Shown: piece by piece, positions 1 through 11,308 of the stretch
Layout of the letters: the number at the start of each line of letters is the position of its first letter
Numbering within the stretch: the first letter of the stretch is position 1
NCBI GenBank assembly: GCA_947627355.1
Contig: CANQVX010000009.1
Coordinates: forward strand, 12,168-76,167
Length of the DNA: 64,000 bases
DNA from: an uncultured Bacilli bacterium
GTDB lineage: Bacteria; Bacillota_I; Bacilli_A; RFN20; CAG-631
Direction: 5' to 3'
Position numbers and translations under genes: made by a program
The notes under the pieces: model-generated
The model's database searches: none
The model's input: only the letters and a program-made list of their open reading frames with translations
What the model was told of the DNA's origin: nothing

Positions 1-63
1 CTCAGATGGATTCATCTTTTCATAATCTTTTGAAAGTACTAAGTCTTTTAATTTTTGTATCAT
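1..63 (-). CDS. 5' end of a CDS that continues beyond the window start (N-terminus MIQKLKDLVLSKDYEKMNPSE); product unknown, possibly RNase R-like
   Basis: Open reading frame on minus strand from ATG at 63..61 running off the window; AAGGAG Shine-Dalgarno 7 nt upstream (plus 70-76). Product guess only from position next to secG. Confidence 0.35.
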   Translation of the reverse strand, partial: MIQKLKDLVLSKDYEKMNPSE

Positions 64-106
64 ATTTTTCTCCTTTTTTTCCAAAATAAAAGAGCATTTC
101 TGCTCT

Positions 107-355
107 TTAAACTGACATATTTTCAGCTAACTTAATCAGAATTGCAAGTGTCATAAATGCAATTCCACTTATCAATGTAATTCGAGAAACAACTTTTTCA
201 ATTCCTCTTTCTTTTACATTTGAAAACAAGTTCATACCGCCACCCATAATAGCTCCAGATGCACCAGCAGATTTACCACCTTGAAGTAGGGTAGAAACAA
301 CAAGAACAATCGCACTAATTAAAAATAAAATATTGAAAAAGGTTACCATAAACAT
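107..355 (-). CDS. secG: preprotein translocase subunit SecG
   Basis: 82 aa, two hydrophobic segments flanking Gly-rich loop (LLQGGKSAGASGAIMGGG) typical of SecG; AGGAGG RBS upstream. Confidence 0.8.
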   Translation of the reverse strand: MFMVTFFNILFLISAIVLVVSTLLQGGKSAGASGAIMGGGMNLFSNVKERGIEKVVSRITLISGIAFMTLAILIKLAENMSV

Positions 356-447
356 CCTCCTATTTTACTTGTTTTTTTCCTAAGCATTTAGCATTATATC
401 ACATCTAAAATCTAATGGAAACATTTTTTTAAAAAATCAGCACCATT

Positions 448-2430
448 TTAGTCGTCATCTTCGCTTTTTAACTCTAAAATGATATCTCTAAGCGTTGCAG
501 CTTGTTCAAAATCAAGTTCTTTAGCTGCTTGTCTCATTTCTTTTTCTAGTCTATTAATCAAGTCTTCTTTAGCTTTCTTTGAAAGCATCTTTTGTTTCTT
601 ATCAGACTTATTGCTATCTTCTTCAATCATTGATTTAAGACTAGCAGGTTCTTTGATTTCTTTAATAATAGTCTTTGGAATAATATTATGAACTTTGTTA
701 TATTCTTCTTGAATCTTTCTACGTCTATTGGTTTCATTAATAGCATTTTTCATAGAATCAGTCATTGTATCAGCATACATGATAACTTCACCATTAGCAT
801 TTCTTGCTGCTCGACCAATGATTTGAATTAAAGAACGTTCACCACGTAAAAAGCCTTCTTTATCAGCATCTAAGATAGCTATTAATGATACTTCTGGTAA
901 ATCAAGCCCTTCTCTTAGTAAATTAATACCAACTAAAACATCATATTTACCTTTTCTAAGTTCATATAGAATCTTTGTTCTATCAAGTGTTTTAATTTCA
1001 CTATGCATATAAACAACTTTTAAACCATAATTTTTTAAATATTGTGTCAATTCTTCAGCCATTCTAATGGTTAAAGTTGTTATTAAAGTTCTTTCTTTTC
1101 TTTCAATTCTTTCTTTTATCCGTGCTATCAAATCATCAATTTGACCCATGGTTGGTAGAACTTGAATCTTAGGATCAAGTAAACCTGTAGGACGTATGAT
1201 TTGTTCGACAAATTCATGATTAGTTTTATCAAGTTCATAATCTCCAGGAGTAGCTGAAACATAAATGACTTGATTTATCTTTTTTTCAAATTCATCAAAA
1301 CGAAGTGGGCGGTTATCTAAAGCACTAGGTAAACGAAAGCCATATTCAACAAGCGTAGTTTTTCTTGAGCGGTCTCCTTCATACATTCCTCTGATTTGAG
1401 GTAATGTTACATGTGATTCATCGATAACTAATAAGAAATCATCACCAAAATAATCAAATAAAGAATAAGGTGTTTCACCAGGTTTTCTACCATCAAGATG
1501 TCTAGCATAGTTTTCAATACCTGAGCAAATGCCAAATTCTGTTAAATATTCAATATCGTGTAAAGTTCGTTGCTTTAATCTTTCAATTTCAAGTAATTTA
1601 CCTTGTTTTTCAAATTCAGCAAGTCTTATATCTAATTCGGCTTTAATTGAATCACAAGCTTGTTTTATCTTACTACGTTGACTAATTCTTTCATAAGCTG
1701 GAAATAATGAAAAGAAATTTAGTCTTTGTTTAGTAAGTTTTGTTAATGGATCGATTACTGAAATTTGTTCGATTTCATCGTCAAAAAATTCAATTCGAAT
1801 TAATTCTTCATCATTATTAATAGGGGCTAGTTCTAAAGTATCTCCTTTAAATGAGAAAGTTCCTCTGCTTTGTTCAATATCATTTCTTGTATATTGAGCT
1901 TCAACTAAACTTTCAATTAATTTTTTTCTGTCATATTTTTCATTTAAACGAAAATCTAAAACTAAGCCTCGATAATCAACAGGATTAGATAAAGAATAAA
2001 TAGCAGCCACTGATGCCACTACAATGGTATCTTTACGAGACAAAACTGAACTAACAGCAGAACTTCTCATTAACTCAATGTCCATATTGGTTTTAGCTGT
2101 TTTATCAATATAAGTATCAGTTTGAGGTAAATAAGCTTCAGGTTGATAAAAATCAAAGTTGGATACAAAATATTCAACTCGATTATTAGGAAATAATTCC
2201 TTGAATTCAGCATATAATTGGCCGGCTAAAGTTTTATTATGAACAATTACTAATGTAGGCTTATTAACTTTTTCTATAACATTACCAATGGTAAATGTTT
2301 TGCCAGTTCCTGTTGCACCTAAAAGAACTTGAGCCTTTTTATTTTGGTTCAAGCCTTCTACTAATTTATTAATAGCTGTTGGTTGATCACCGGTTGGTAC
2401 ATAACTAGAAACTAATTCAAATTTTTCCAT
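448..2430 (-). CDS. uvrB: excinuclease ABC subunit B
   Basis: 660 aa; N-terminal helicase P-loop GATGTGKTFT, conserved UvrB length and C-terminal UvrB/UvrC-interaction helix. Confidence 0.95.
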   Translation of the reverse strand: MEKFELVSSYVPTGDQPTAINKLVEGLNQNKKAQVLLGATGTGKTFTIGNVIEKVNKPTLVIVHNKTLAGQLYAEFKELFPNNRVEYFVSNFDFYQPEAYLPQTDTYIDKTAKTNMDIELMRSSAVSSVLSRKDTIVVASVAAIYSLSNPVDYRGLVLDFRLNEKYDRKKLIESLVEAQYTRNDIEQSRGTFSFKGDTLELAPINNDEELIRIEFFDDEIEQISVIDPLTKLTKQRLNFFSLFPAYERISQRSKIKQACDSIKAELDIRLAEFEKQGKLLEIERLKQRTLHDIEYLTEFGICSGIENYARHLDGRKPGETPYSLFDYFGDDFLLVIDESHVTLPQIRGMYEGDRSRKTTLVEYGFRLPSALDNRPLRFDEFEKKINQVIYVSATPGDYELDKTNHEFVEQIIRPTGLLDPKIQVLPTMGQIDDLIARIKERIERKERTLITTLTIRMAEELTQYLKNYGLKVVYMHSEIKTLDRTKILYELRKGKYDVLVGINLLREGLDLPEVSLIAILDADKEGFLRGERSLIQIIGRAARNANGEVIMYADTMTDSMKNAINETNRRRKIQEEYNKVHNIIPKTIIKEIKEPASLKSMIEEDSNKSDKKQKMLSKKAKEDLINRLEKEMRQAAKELDFEQAATLRDIILELKSEDDD

Positions 2431-2431
2431 T

Positions 2432-3928
2432 TTAGTTATTAGCTCCTGAATTTATAATAGTTTCTACTCTATTTTGATATTGCATTTCATAATTATAAAC
2501 TTCTTTTGAAAAACCAAATGCTAAATAAAGTAATAAATCTTCATCAATAATACCAGTTTCTTCAATTTGATAAGAAGCTTGAAGTTGTTTAACAAATTCT
2601 TCCATATTAATATCAAAATAACCATCAGTTCTTATATCAGCGCCATATACTTCATTAAATAAATATTGAAGTAATAAGATGTTTTTAGTATCAACTTTGT
2701 CTTTTGTTAGTTTTAAATTGAAATCAAGAGATGTTTGTAAATATCTTTGATAATTACTAGCATAAGTCATAACATCAGCATCACTTGTAGGATTAAATCC
2801 AACATTATGAATCCATTTGTTATCTGGAGTAAACCATTTAGCAAAAGTATATTGAAAATCATACTTTGGTGAGATATTTATGGTACGTTGAGCAATGCCT
2901 TTTCCAAATGTTGTTGAACCAATCAAGGTTAAACTATCTTTAAAATAATAACCTAGACAGCCAATTAACATTTCTGAGGCTGAAGCAGTATTTCCATTGA
3001 TAAAGATAAAAATGTGATCAAAAGAATAAACTTCATCATCTTTTGTTTTATATTTAGATGTTGATTTATCTTTTACTTCAATTGTTGAAATAAGTTTCTT
3101 TTCAGGTAAGAATAAATCACAGATTTCAACAAGTGAATCAACAGCTCCACCACTATTATCTTTTAAATCTAGGATTAAATATTTACCATTTTGATTCTTT
3201 TTTAAGATTTGTTTTACTAAATCAATGGTATTTGTACCATTAATATCACTAACAAATTCATCTATTTTTAGATACAAAGTATCTTCTAAAGTGGTAGGAA
3301 TTTGATACGCTGTTGGAAAATTAAATCTTTTAAATGTTATAGGTAATTCAAGATAAGTTATTTTATTTTCAACAGTGTCATATCTAGCAACCAGTAAAGT
3401 AATAGAATGATTTACTTCTTGTTGTAAATAAATTTCATAATTATCTGTAACAACACTATTATCAGCAAGTTTTACACCATAAATTAAATCATATGGTAAA
3501 AGGCCTGCATCTTCAGCAGGTGAGTTAGGATAAATTACTTTAATTAATTGAAAATTGCGATTAAATAAGTTTTGTGATCTAACACCCATTTTTCCATATT
3601 CTTTAGTTGGAGTTGATGTTCCAGTACTTCTTTTAATTAAATATGTATACGGATCTAATTGTTTAGTAGTATCTAGACCAACAATACTTGATACAAATTG
3701 AGCAACTGGAGCATCTTCATAAGAATCATAATAAATTTCTGCATACCATTCGTTTTCTAAGATGTTTAAAACTTTGGTTAAAGCAGCATTTTCAGAGGCT
3801 GGAGTTCCAATTTTAAGACCAATTAAAAAGCCTAAAAAACTAGTGACCAAGCAAAAAACAAGCATAATTACAATGCGAGTCTTATTTTTATGAATTTTTA
3901 ATTGTTCTTGAAGTGATTCATTATCCAT
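2432..3928 (-). CDS. S41 family C-terminal processing peptidase (membrane anchored)
   Basis: 498 aa, N-terminal TM, S41 motif LDLKDNSGG and catalytic-region ASASE; CtpA/CtpB-like. Confidence 0.65.
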   Translation of the reverse strand: MDNESLQEQLKIHKNKTRIVIMLVFCLVTSFLGFLIGLKIGTPASENAALTKVLNILENEWYAEIYYDSYEDAPVAQFVSSIVGLDTTKQLDPYTYLIKRSTGTSTPTKEYGKMGVRSQNLFNRNFQLIKVIYPNSPAEDAGLLPYDLIYGVKLADNSVVTDNYEIYLQQEVNHSITLLVARYDTVENKITYLELPITFKRFNFPTAYQIPTTLEDTLYLKIDEFVSDINGTNTIDLVKQILKKNQNGKYLILDLKDNSGGAVDSLVEICDLFLPEKKLISTIEVKDKSTSKYKTKDDEVYSFDHIFIFINGNTASASEMLIGCLGYYFKDSLTLIGSTTFGKGIAQRTINISPKYDFQYTFAKWFTPDNKWIHNVGFNPTSDADVMTYASNYQRYLQTSLDFNLKLTKDKVDTKNILLLQYLFNEVYGADIRTDGYFDINMEEFVKQLQASYQIEETGIIDEDLLLYLAFGFSKEVYNYEMQYQNRVETIINSGANN

Positions 3929-4853
3929 TTATGTCACCACTTTTCAATAATTCAGCATATTTTTTTATTTTTATAAATAAGTGATTGATACCTGATTTAC
4001 TAATAGGTTTTGAGGTAACTTCACTATATTTAACAGCCAATTCTTTTAAAGAAATATCTTGATATTCTTTTCTAAGATTACACAATATTTGTAAATCATT
4101 ATCTAAAACACTTAAATTAGCTTTTTCTTCAATAATTTTAATATATTCAAGTTGAACTTTAGCAGAATTAGTAGTTCTAATATAATTTGCCATATCACAA
4201 TTAGTGATTCTATTTAAATTGTTTTTAACATCTTTATAGGCTCTTACATCTTCAAATTGTAAATATGATTGAACAGCCTTAATGTTACTTAAAAAATCAC
4301 CGATTTTATCGCTTTTTTTAACATAAACTACTTGTTGAGCACGACGTGTTACAATCTTAGCTGGGATATCAATTTTGGCTAATAATTTAACAATTTCTTT
4401 AGCAAAATCTAAATTTAAAACACAAAATTCAAGATGATAATAAGAAACTTTTAAATCATTAACACTACCACAACCTAAAAATAAACCAGCAAGATAAGCT
4501 TGAACTCTTGGTTTTGATTTACTTACCTCTTTGATATATTCTGTTTCATCCATGATACCTAAATCATGAATTATTTGATTGGCTTTTTCTCTTATAATTA
4601 TGATATATTGAGTCTTTTTTAATAATTTCATATTCTTAACAATAGCACTTTTGATTGGTATTTGATAAGTTTTTGAAATATATTTGAATACTTTTTGAGT
4701 TATTTTAGAGTTTTCACTTTTAAATTCAATAGCAAGTCCATGATTAGATAATTGAATATTACCAGCGCATCTTAAAAGAGCGGCAATTGTATCCTTTTCA
4801 TATTCATCATTCAATAAAGCAACTTCAGTTTTGATAGTTGATGAAAAAGACAT
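3921..4853 (-). CDS. whiA: DNA-binding protein WhiA
   Basis: 310 aa; WhiA-like N-terminal LAGLIDADG-derived domain plus C-terminal HTH; conserved neighbourhood with trxB. Confidence 0.8.
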   Translation of the reverse strand: MSFSSTIKTEVALLNDEYEKDTIAALLRCAGNIQLSNHGLAIEFKSENSKITQKVFKYISKTYQIPIKSAIVKNMKLLKKTQYIIIIREKANQIIHDLGIMDETEYIKEVSKSKPRVQAYLAGLFLGCGSVNDLKVSYYHLEFCVLNLDFAKEIVKLLAKIDIPAKIVTRRAQQVVYVKKSDKIGDFLSNIKAVQSYLQFEDVRAYKDVKNNLNRITNCDMANYIRTTNSAKVQLEYIKIIEEKANLSVLDNDLQILCNLRKEYQDISLKELAVKYSEVTSKPISKSGINHLFIKIKKYAELLKSGDING

Positions 4854-4875
4854 AGTCCCACTCCTTTCAAATCAA

Positions 4876-5796
4876 TTAATACGCGTTTTTATCGACAATA
4901 TTTTGACCAGCTATAGCTCCATCATTACAGGCCGTAATGATTTGTCTTAAATCTTTAACTCGAACATCCCCAACAGCATAGATGTTTTTCATATTGGTTT
5001 CCATTTGTTCATTTACTTTGATATAACCTTTACCATCGATATCGATAATATCTTTTACAAAATCACTAGCAGGATCACTACCAATAAATAAGAATAAGCC
5101 ATCGATGTATAAATAAGAAACCTCATTAGTTTCATTATTTTTTACTTTGATACTGTTTATTTTCTTATCGCCTTCTAAAGCAATTACTTCATAAGGTGTT
5201 TTAATAGTAATATTTGGTTTTTTCAATACTTTTTGTAATAAAGTATCACTGCCTCTAAATTCATTACGTCTATGAATTAAAGTAACATCACTTGCAAACA
5301 TTGATAAGTATAATGCTTCTTTTAAAGCACTATCGCCACCACCAACTACAGCAACAGTTTTATTTTCATAAAGTTTCGCATCACATACAGCACAAAATGA
5401 TAAGCCATTACCATAAAACTTATCTTCATTAGCAAGATTTAAATTGCGATATTTAGTGCCTGTAGCAATAATAATGTATTTTGTTTTATATTTTGAATCA
5501 TCCGTTATAACAACATAATAATCTTTTTTAGGTTGAATTTTGATAACTTTTCCATATTTATAATTAGCTTTTAAAGATAAAACTTGTTCAAACATGTTAT
5601 AAGCCAAAGTTGAACCTTCAATTGAAGCACTTCCAGGCCAATTAGTGATTTCACTAGTTCTTACCACTTTCCCACCTGGAGTATCATTTTCTAAAATCAA
5701 AGTTTTTAAATGACCTCTTAACGTATATATAGCAGCACTTAGCCCTGCTGGTCCAGCACCAATGATAACTACATCATAAGTTTCCATTTGGCTCAC
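4876..5796 (-). CDS. trxB: thioredoxin-disulfide reductase
   Basis: 306 aa; FAD motif GAGPAG, redox-active CAVCDA, NADPH motif GGGDSA. Confidence 0.9.
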   Translation of the reverse strand: MSQMETYDVVIIGAGPAGLSAAIYTLRGHLKTLILENDTPGGKVVRTSEITNWPGSASIEGSTLAYNMFEQVLSLKANYKYGKVIKIQPKKDYYVVITDDSKYKTKYIIIATGTKYRNLNLANEDKFYGNGLSFCAVCDAKLYENKTVAVVGGGDSALKEALYLSMFASDVTLIHRRNEFRGSDTLLQKVLKKPNITIKTPYEVIALEGDKKINSIKVKNNETNEVSYLYIDGLFLFIGSDPASDFVKDIIDIDGKGYIKVNEQMETNMKNIYAVGDVRVKDLRQIITACNDGAIAGQNIVDKNAY

Positions 5797-6780
5797 CTAA
5801 CTTTCGCTATTCGTCACATTGTTTTCTTGTCTTTGTTTTAAGATTTCTTCTGTTTTTTCTTTAATCATTTGTTCGCGTTTAGCTTGTAATTCTTTTTCTT
5901 TTTCAATTGAATATTTGTTGGTATATAGATTTGGATAAGTTTTATCTTTGTAATAAAATCTAGCAAATATCATAAGACCAACACCACAAACGATAAACAA
6001 AATAGATGTAAAAATACTTAATGGCATATTGCCAATTTTCATGATAAATTCTTCGTCTCTGAATGGTTCTAAAATAACGCGAACTAAACCATACCAAATT
6101 AAATAACATGCACATAAATCACATGGTTTACGATATTTTTTCCAGAAGTTTCTAAGAACAACGGCAATTAAAATAAAACCAATTAGATTTAAAACTGATT
6201 CATATAAGAATAATGGTTGATTTACTTCATTTAATGCACAAGCTCCACCACTTGAAATATTATTTAAAATAAACTTTGGTAAGAACCATAATTTAGATGC
6301 TCTAACACAACCACCATAAACTTCTTGATTCATAAAATTGCCCCATCTACCGATAATTTGACCGATTAAGATGCTTGGAACAATTGTATCTAGATGATAT
6401 GAAAAAGGAATATCTTTATATTTTTTATGTAAGAAAATCCAACCAAATAAAATACCAGCCATAACACCACCTTGAATGGCTAGTCCTCCACTTACTGGAT
6501 TTATGATATATAAAAAATCTTTTCCTTTAAATTGCTCTAAATCACCTAAAACATACCATAAACGAGCACCAATAATAGCAATTGGAATTACTAATACAAA
6601 AAATGTATCATACATTGATGCAATCTTATTATCTTTTTTAAGTAAATGTCTAGTCCATAAAAAAGCTAAAATGGCGCCAGTTAAAATAAATATAGCATAC
6701 CATCTAATTTCAAGTGAACCGATTCTAATTGCAATAGCTCGGTCATTTGTTGAATTTGGAAACCAAGCAAATGGAAACAT
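5797..6780 (-). CDS. lgt: prolipoprotein diacylglyceryl transferase, with ~45-aa Lys/Glu-rich C-terminal tail
   Basis: Lgt signature region (FPFAWF...IRWYAIFILTG, GRWGNF); start placed at ATG 6780 because GAGGTG RBS lies 6 nt upstream whereas ORF-track start 6813 has none. Confidence 0.85.
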   Translation of the reverse strand: MFPFAWFPNSTNDRAIAIRIGSLEIRWYAIFILTGAILAFLWTRHLLKKDNKIASMYDTFFVLVIPIAIIGARLWYVLGDLEQFKGKDFLYIINPVSGGLAIQGGVMAGILFGWIFLHKKYKDIPFSYHLDTIVPSILIGQIIGRWGNFMNQEVYGGCVRASKLWFLPKFILNNISSGGACALNEVNQPLFLYESVLNLIGFILIAVVLRNFWKKYRKPCDLCACYLIWYGLVRVILEPFRDEEFIMKIGNMPLSIFTSILFIVCGVGLMIFARFYYKDKTYPNLYTNKYSIEKEKELQAKREQMIKEKTEEILKQRQENNVTNSES

Positions 6781-6848
6781 AAAAACACCTCGTTTCAATA
6801 AGTATATTAGCACATTTTATTTATTTAATAAATAAAAGTTTTTTAAAT

Positions 6849-9680
6849 TCACTTTAAATAGTCTTTTAAGAATTTACCTGTATAACTCTTTTCACATTTT
6901 GCAACTTTTTCAGGTGTTCCAGTAACTACTACTCTTCCACCTTCATTACCACCTTCAGGTCCTAAATCGATAATATAATCAGCGACTTTAATAATATCCA
7001 TGTTATGTTCAATTAATAAGATGCTATCTTTATTATCAACAATACGATTTAAAACTGAAATCAATTTTTTAACATCATGAATATGTAAGCCAGTAGTTGG
7101 TTCATCTAGAATAAATAAAGTTTTACCAGTGGCTTTCTTTTGAAGTTCATAAGCAAGTTTAATACGTTGAGCTTCACCACCAGATAATGTTAAAGCATTT
7201 TGGCCAAGTTTAATATAATTAAGGCCAACATCCATTAAAACTTTTAATTTATTTCTAATAGCTGGTACATTTGAAAAGAATTCATAGGCTGTTTCAACAT
7301 CCATATCTAATACTTCATAGATGTTTTTACCTTTATAGGTAACAGCAAGAGTTTCTTCATTATATCTTTTACCATGACATTCTTCACAAGGAACATAGAC
7401 ATCTGGTAAAAATTGCATTGGTACACGAATAACGCCATCACCTTGACAACGTTCGCATCTACCACCTTTAACATTAAATGTAAAACGACTCTTAGTATAA
7501 CCTCTTTCTTTGGCTTCAATAGTTGATGCAAAAGCATCACGAATAGGATCAAAAACACCAGTATAAGTAGCTGGATTACTACGAGGAGTTCTACCAATTG
7601 GATCTTGACTTACATTTACTACTTTATCAATGTTTTCGATACCTAGAATTTGTTTACATTTACCAGGTTTAAGTTTCTTTTTATAAATAGTTGAATATAA
7701 AGTTTTATATAAAATTTCATTAACTAATGTTGACTTCCCACTACCTGAAACACCAGTTACAACACAAAATGTATTTAAAGGTATTTCAACATTAATATTT
7801 TTCAAATTATTCTCGGAAGCACCGACAATTTTTAATGTTTTACCATTGCCTTTACGACGTTTATTTGGTACTTCAATCTTATATTCTCCACTCAAATATT
7901 TACCAGTGATTGATTCTTTAGAGTTCATGATATCTTCAACTGTTCCTTGTCCAACAATTTTACCACCATTGATACCAGCAAGAGGACCAATATCTACGAT
8001 ATGATCGGCACTTCTAATGGTTTCTTCATCATGTTCAACAACAATCATAGTATTACCTAAATCTCGCATTTGTTTTAAAGTATCTATTAATTTTTGATTA
8101 TCTCTTTGATGAAGTCCAATACTAGGTTCATCTAAAACATATAAAACTCCAGTTAGTTTAGAACCAATTTGAGTGGCTAATCTAATACGTTGAGCTTCAC
8201 CACCAGATAACGTCGAAGCTGTACGATGTAAAGTTAAATAAGATAAACCAACATTAACTAAGAATTGTAGTCTATTTTTAATTTCAGCAATTAATAATCT
8301 TGATATTTCTTGTTGTTGAGGACTTAATTCAAGTTCATCAAAGAATTTAAGAATATCACTAATAGGCATTTTTGTTAATTCTGCAATGTTTTTATTGCCA
8401 ATTAATACTGCTAAAGCTTTTTCATTTAAACGATCACCATGACAAGTTTGACATTCTTTTTCAATAATAAAATTTTCATACCAATTTCTCATCAATTCAG
8501 ATTCAGTCTCACTATATAATCTTTCGATATGAACTTTAGCACCTTCAATATAACCATATTTTTTTCTAATTGTTCCACCACGTGAATGGGTTTCATATCT
8601 AATTGGTTCATCAGAACCATATAAAACATAATGTTTTTCTTTTTCAGTTAGATCTTTATATGGCTTATCGATATCGATATTGTAATGTTTACATAAATTA
8701 TCTAATTCTTGCCAGTCAAGATTTTCACCATTTTCGTTATATTTATAGAAAGCAATGGCACCTTGCTTAATTGATAAATTCTTGTTAGGAATTAATAAAT
8801 CAACATCCATTTCAAGTTTAACACCTAGCCCTTTACAATCTTTACATGCACCAATTGGGGCATTAAATGAAAATAATCTAGGTTCAAGTTTAGGAATTGT
8901 GAAACCGCATTCTTTACAAGCATAGTTTTCTGAAAAATGTACGATTTCATCAGCAATTTTTACATCTGCTATACCATTTGCTTCTTTTAAAGCCACTTCT
9001 AAAGCTTCAACAAGTCTAGTTCTATTTTCTTCATTTAGGGCCATTCTATCGACAATTATGTCAACGTTATGATTTTTATTTTTATCAATTTCTAAATCCA
9101 GAGCATCTTCAACACGAATCATTTCACCATCGATTTGAACACGTGAAAAACCATTCTTTAAACATTTTTCTAATAAATCTTTTTGAGTTCCTTTTTTTCT
9201 TATAACCACTGGAGCTAAAACTTGAATCTTACTTCCAAGAGGATATGTATAAATTGTTTTAACCATTTCAGTAATTGTTTGACCAACGATAGGGATATGA
9301 TGGGTAGGACAATAAGGAACACCAATACGAGCATAAAGCAACCTTAAATAATCATAGATTTCAGTAACTGTGCCAACTGTTGAACGAGGATTATGACTAG
9401 TAGTTTTTTGATCAATTGAAATAGCAGGGGATAACCCTTCGATAGATTCAACATCAGGTTTATTAATTCCACCTAAAAAAGTTCTAGCATAAGGTGATAA
9501 AGATTCAACATATCTTCTTTGTCCTTCACCATAGATGGTATCAAATGCTAAAGTAGTCTTTCCGCTACCAGAAAGACCAGTCATAACAATTAATTTATTT
9601 TTAGGAAGTTCTAAAGAAATATTTTTAAGATTGTTTTCTTTAGCACCTTTTATAATTATTTTATCGTTCATAAAACCCAC
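6849..9680 (-). CDS. uvrA: excinuclease ABC subunit A
   Basis: 943 aa; two ABC ATPase modules (GLSGSGKTTL / GVSGSGKSTL), zinc-finger Cys clusters. Confidence 0.95.
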   Translation of the reverse strand: MGFMNDKIIIKGAKENNLKNISLELPKNKLIVMTGLSGSGKTTLAFDTIYGEGQRRYVESLSPYARTFLGGINKPDVESIEGLSPAISIDQKTTSHNPRSTVGTVTEIYDYLRLLYARIGVPYCPTHHIPIVGQTITEMVKTIYTYPLGSKIQVLAPVVIRKKGTQKDLLEKCLKNGFSRVQIDGEMIRVEDALDLEIDKNKNHNVDIIVDRMALNEENRTRLVEALEVALKEANGIADVKIADEIVHFSENYACKECGFTIPKLEPRLFSFNAPIGACKDCKGLGVKLEMDVDLLIPNKNLSIKQGAIAFYKYNENGENLDWQELDNLCKHYNIDIDKPYKDLTEKEKHYVLYGSDEPIRYETHSRGGTIRKKYGYIEGAKVHIERLYSETESELMRNWYENFIIEKECQTCHGDRLNEKALAVLIGNKNIAELTKMPISDILKFFDELELSPQQQEISRLLIAEIKNRLQFLVNVGLSYLTLHRTASTLSGGEAQRIRLATQIGSKLTGVLYVLDEPSIGLHQRDNQKLIDTLKQMRDLGNTMIVVEHDEETIRSADHIVDIGPLAGINGGKIVGQGTVEDIMNSKESITGKYLSGEYKIEVPNKRRKGNGKTLKIVGASENNLKNINVEIPLNTFCVVTGVSGSGKSTLVNEILYKTLYSTIYKKKLKPGKCKQILGIENIDKVVNVSQDPIGRTPRSNPATYTGVFDPIRDAFASTIEAKERGYTKSRFTFNVKGGRCERCQGDGVIRVPMQFLPDVYVPCEECHGKRYNEETLAVTYKGKNIYEVLDMDVETAYEFFSNVPAIRNKLKVLMDVGLNYIKLGQNALTLSGGEAQRIKLAYELQKKATGKTLFILDEPTTGLHIHDVKKLISVLNRIVDNKDSILLIEHNMDIIKVADYIIDLGPEGGNEGGRVVVTGTPEKVAKCEKSYTGKFLKDYLK

Positions 9681-9959
9681 CTACCTTAAATAAACATCCA
9701 TCTTACGTTGGCCTCTAAAAAACAAAATGTTAATAAGATGAAACAACATAAAGGAAATAACTGCCCACCAAGTAACATTGCTAATAGCAACTAATACGAT
9801 ACTACCAACTAATATTAATATGGTTCGAAAAACTAATTTTAATATCGTTCGAAATCGGCAATCTTGTTTTTTTAAAAAGCCGATATAAATCATGATATAA
9901 GGAATAGCTAAAAGTATAACATTGCAAATAACAAAGATAATTTTTAAGGCAATAATCAT
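9681..9959 (-). CDS. small hydrophobic membrane protein, unknown function
   Basis: 92 aa, three predicted TM helices; AAGGAGG RBS 7 nt upstream; stop overlaps uvrA start. Confidence 0.4.
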   Translation of the reverse strand: MIIALKIIFVICNVILLAIPYIMIYIGFLKKQDCRFRTILKLVFRTILILVGSIVLVAISNVTWWAVISFMLFHLINILFFRGQRKMDVYLR

Positions 9960-9983
9960 ACTTTTTTCCTCCTTTTTACATAA

Positions 9984-10008
9984 AAAGATACCTCATAGAG
10001 GTATCTTT
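9984..10008 (-). terminator. intrinsic terminator downstream of tuf
   Basis: Perfect palindrome AAAGATACCTC-atag-GAGGTATCTTT followed on minus strand by T-rich run. Confidence 0.6.
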
Positions 10009-10029
10009 ATTATGCATTATTTTTATAAA

Positions 10030-11214
10030 TTATTCAATAATTTCTGTTACGTTTCCAGCGCCAACTGTACGTCCACCTTCACGAATAGAGAAACGAGTTC
10101 CTTTTTCTACTGCGATTGGGTGAATTAATTCTACAGTCATTTCTACGTTATCACCAGGCATAACCATTTCAACACCTTCAGGTAATTCGATTACGCCAGT
10201 AACGTCTGTAGTTCTGAAATAGAATTGAGGACGGTAGTTTTTGAAGAATGGTTTATGACGGCCACCTTCATCTTTAGATAGAACGTAAACATGAGCAGTG
10301 AATTTGTGATGAGGATGAACAGTTCCAGGTTTTACTAAAACTTGTCCACGGATAACTTCATCACGGTTAATACCACGAAGTAAAGCACCAATATTATCAC
10401 CAGCGCGAGCTTCGTCTAGTAATTTACGGAACATTTCAATACCAGTTACAACTGTTTTTTGAGTTTCACGAATACCAACGATTTCAACTGGTTCGCCAAG
10501 TTTTAAAGTACCTCTTTCAACACGGCCAGTAACAACTGTTCCACGACCAGTGATTGTCATAACGTCTTCAATTGGCATTAAGAATGGTTTATCTACATCA
10601 CGAACAGGTGTAGGAATAAATGTATCTACAGCTTCCATTAATTCAACGATTTTTTGTTTCCATTTTGGATCGCCTTCAAGAGCTTTTAATGCTGAACCAC
10701 GAATTACAGGTGCATCGTCTCCAGGGAATTCATATTCATTTAACATTTCACGAACTTCCATTTCAACTAAGTCTAGTAATTCATCATCATCAACCATATC
10801 ACATTTATTTAAGAATACTACGATGTAAGGTACTCCTACTTGACGTGATAATAAGATGTGTTCACGAGTTTGAGGCATAGGTCCATCAGTTGCAGCAACA
10901 ACTAGGATAGCTCCATCCATTTGTGCAGCACCAGTAATCATGTTTTTAACATAGTCAGCGTGTCCTGGGCAGTCAACGTGTGCATAGTGACGAGTTGCTG
11001 TTTGATATTCAACATGAGCTGTGTTAATCGTGATACCACGTGCTTTTTCTTCTGGTGCTTTATCGATTTGATCATAACGAGTGTATTCAGCACCACCAAC
11101 TTCAGCTAAAACCATTGTAATAGCAGCTGTTAAAGTTGTTTTTCCATGGTCAACGTGACCAATTGTTCCAATGTTAACATGTGGCTTACTTCTATCAAAT
11201 TTTTCTTTTGCCAT
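10030..11214 (-). CDS. tuf: elongation factor Tu
   Basis: 394 aa, [18 protein letters not shown] GTPase motifs; unmistakable EF-Tu. Confidence 0.97.
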   Translation of the reverse strand: MAKEKFDRSKPHVNIGTIGHVDHGKTTLTAAITMVLAEVGGAEYTRYDQIDKAPEEKARGITINTAHVEYQTATRHYAHVDCPGHADYVKNMITGAAQMDGAILVVAATDGPMPQTREHILLSRQVGVPYIVVFLNKCDMVDDDELLDLVEMEVREMLNEYEFPGDDAPVIRGSALKALEGDPKWKQKIVELMEAVDTFIPTPVRDVDKPFLMPIEDVMTITGRGTVVTGRVERGTLKLGEPVEIVGIRETQKTVVTGIEMFRKLLDEARAGDNIGALLRGINRDEVIRGQVLVKPGTVHPHHKFTAHVYVLSKDEGGRHKPFFKNYRPQFYFRTTDVTGVIELPEGVEMVMPGDNVEMTVELIHPIAVEKGTRFSIREGGRTVGAGNVTEIIE

Positions 11215-11308
11215 ATTTTTGTTTTTCCTCCTAAATTTTTCTTTTCTTTTACTATTTTAATAAATTTTATAATGAAAATCAATATATTTAATAATTTATT
11301 GACTTTTA

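Noticed and set aside
6476-6835. 119-aa plus-strand ORF overlapping lgt
   Set aside because: Antisense to a well-supported conserved gene; no RBS.
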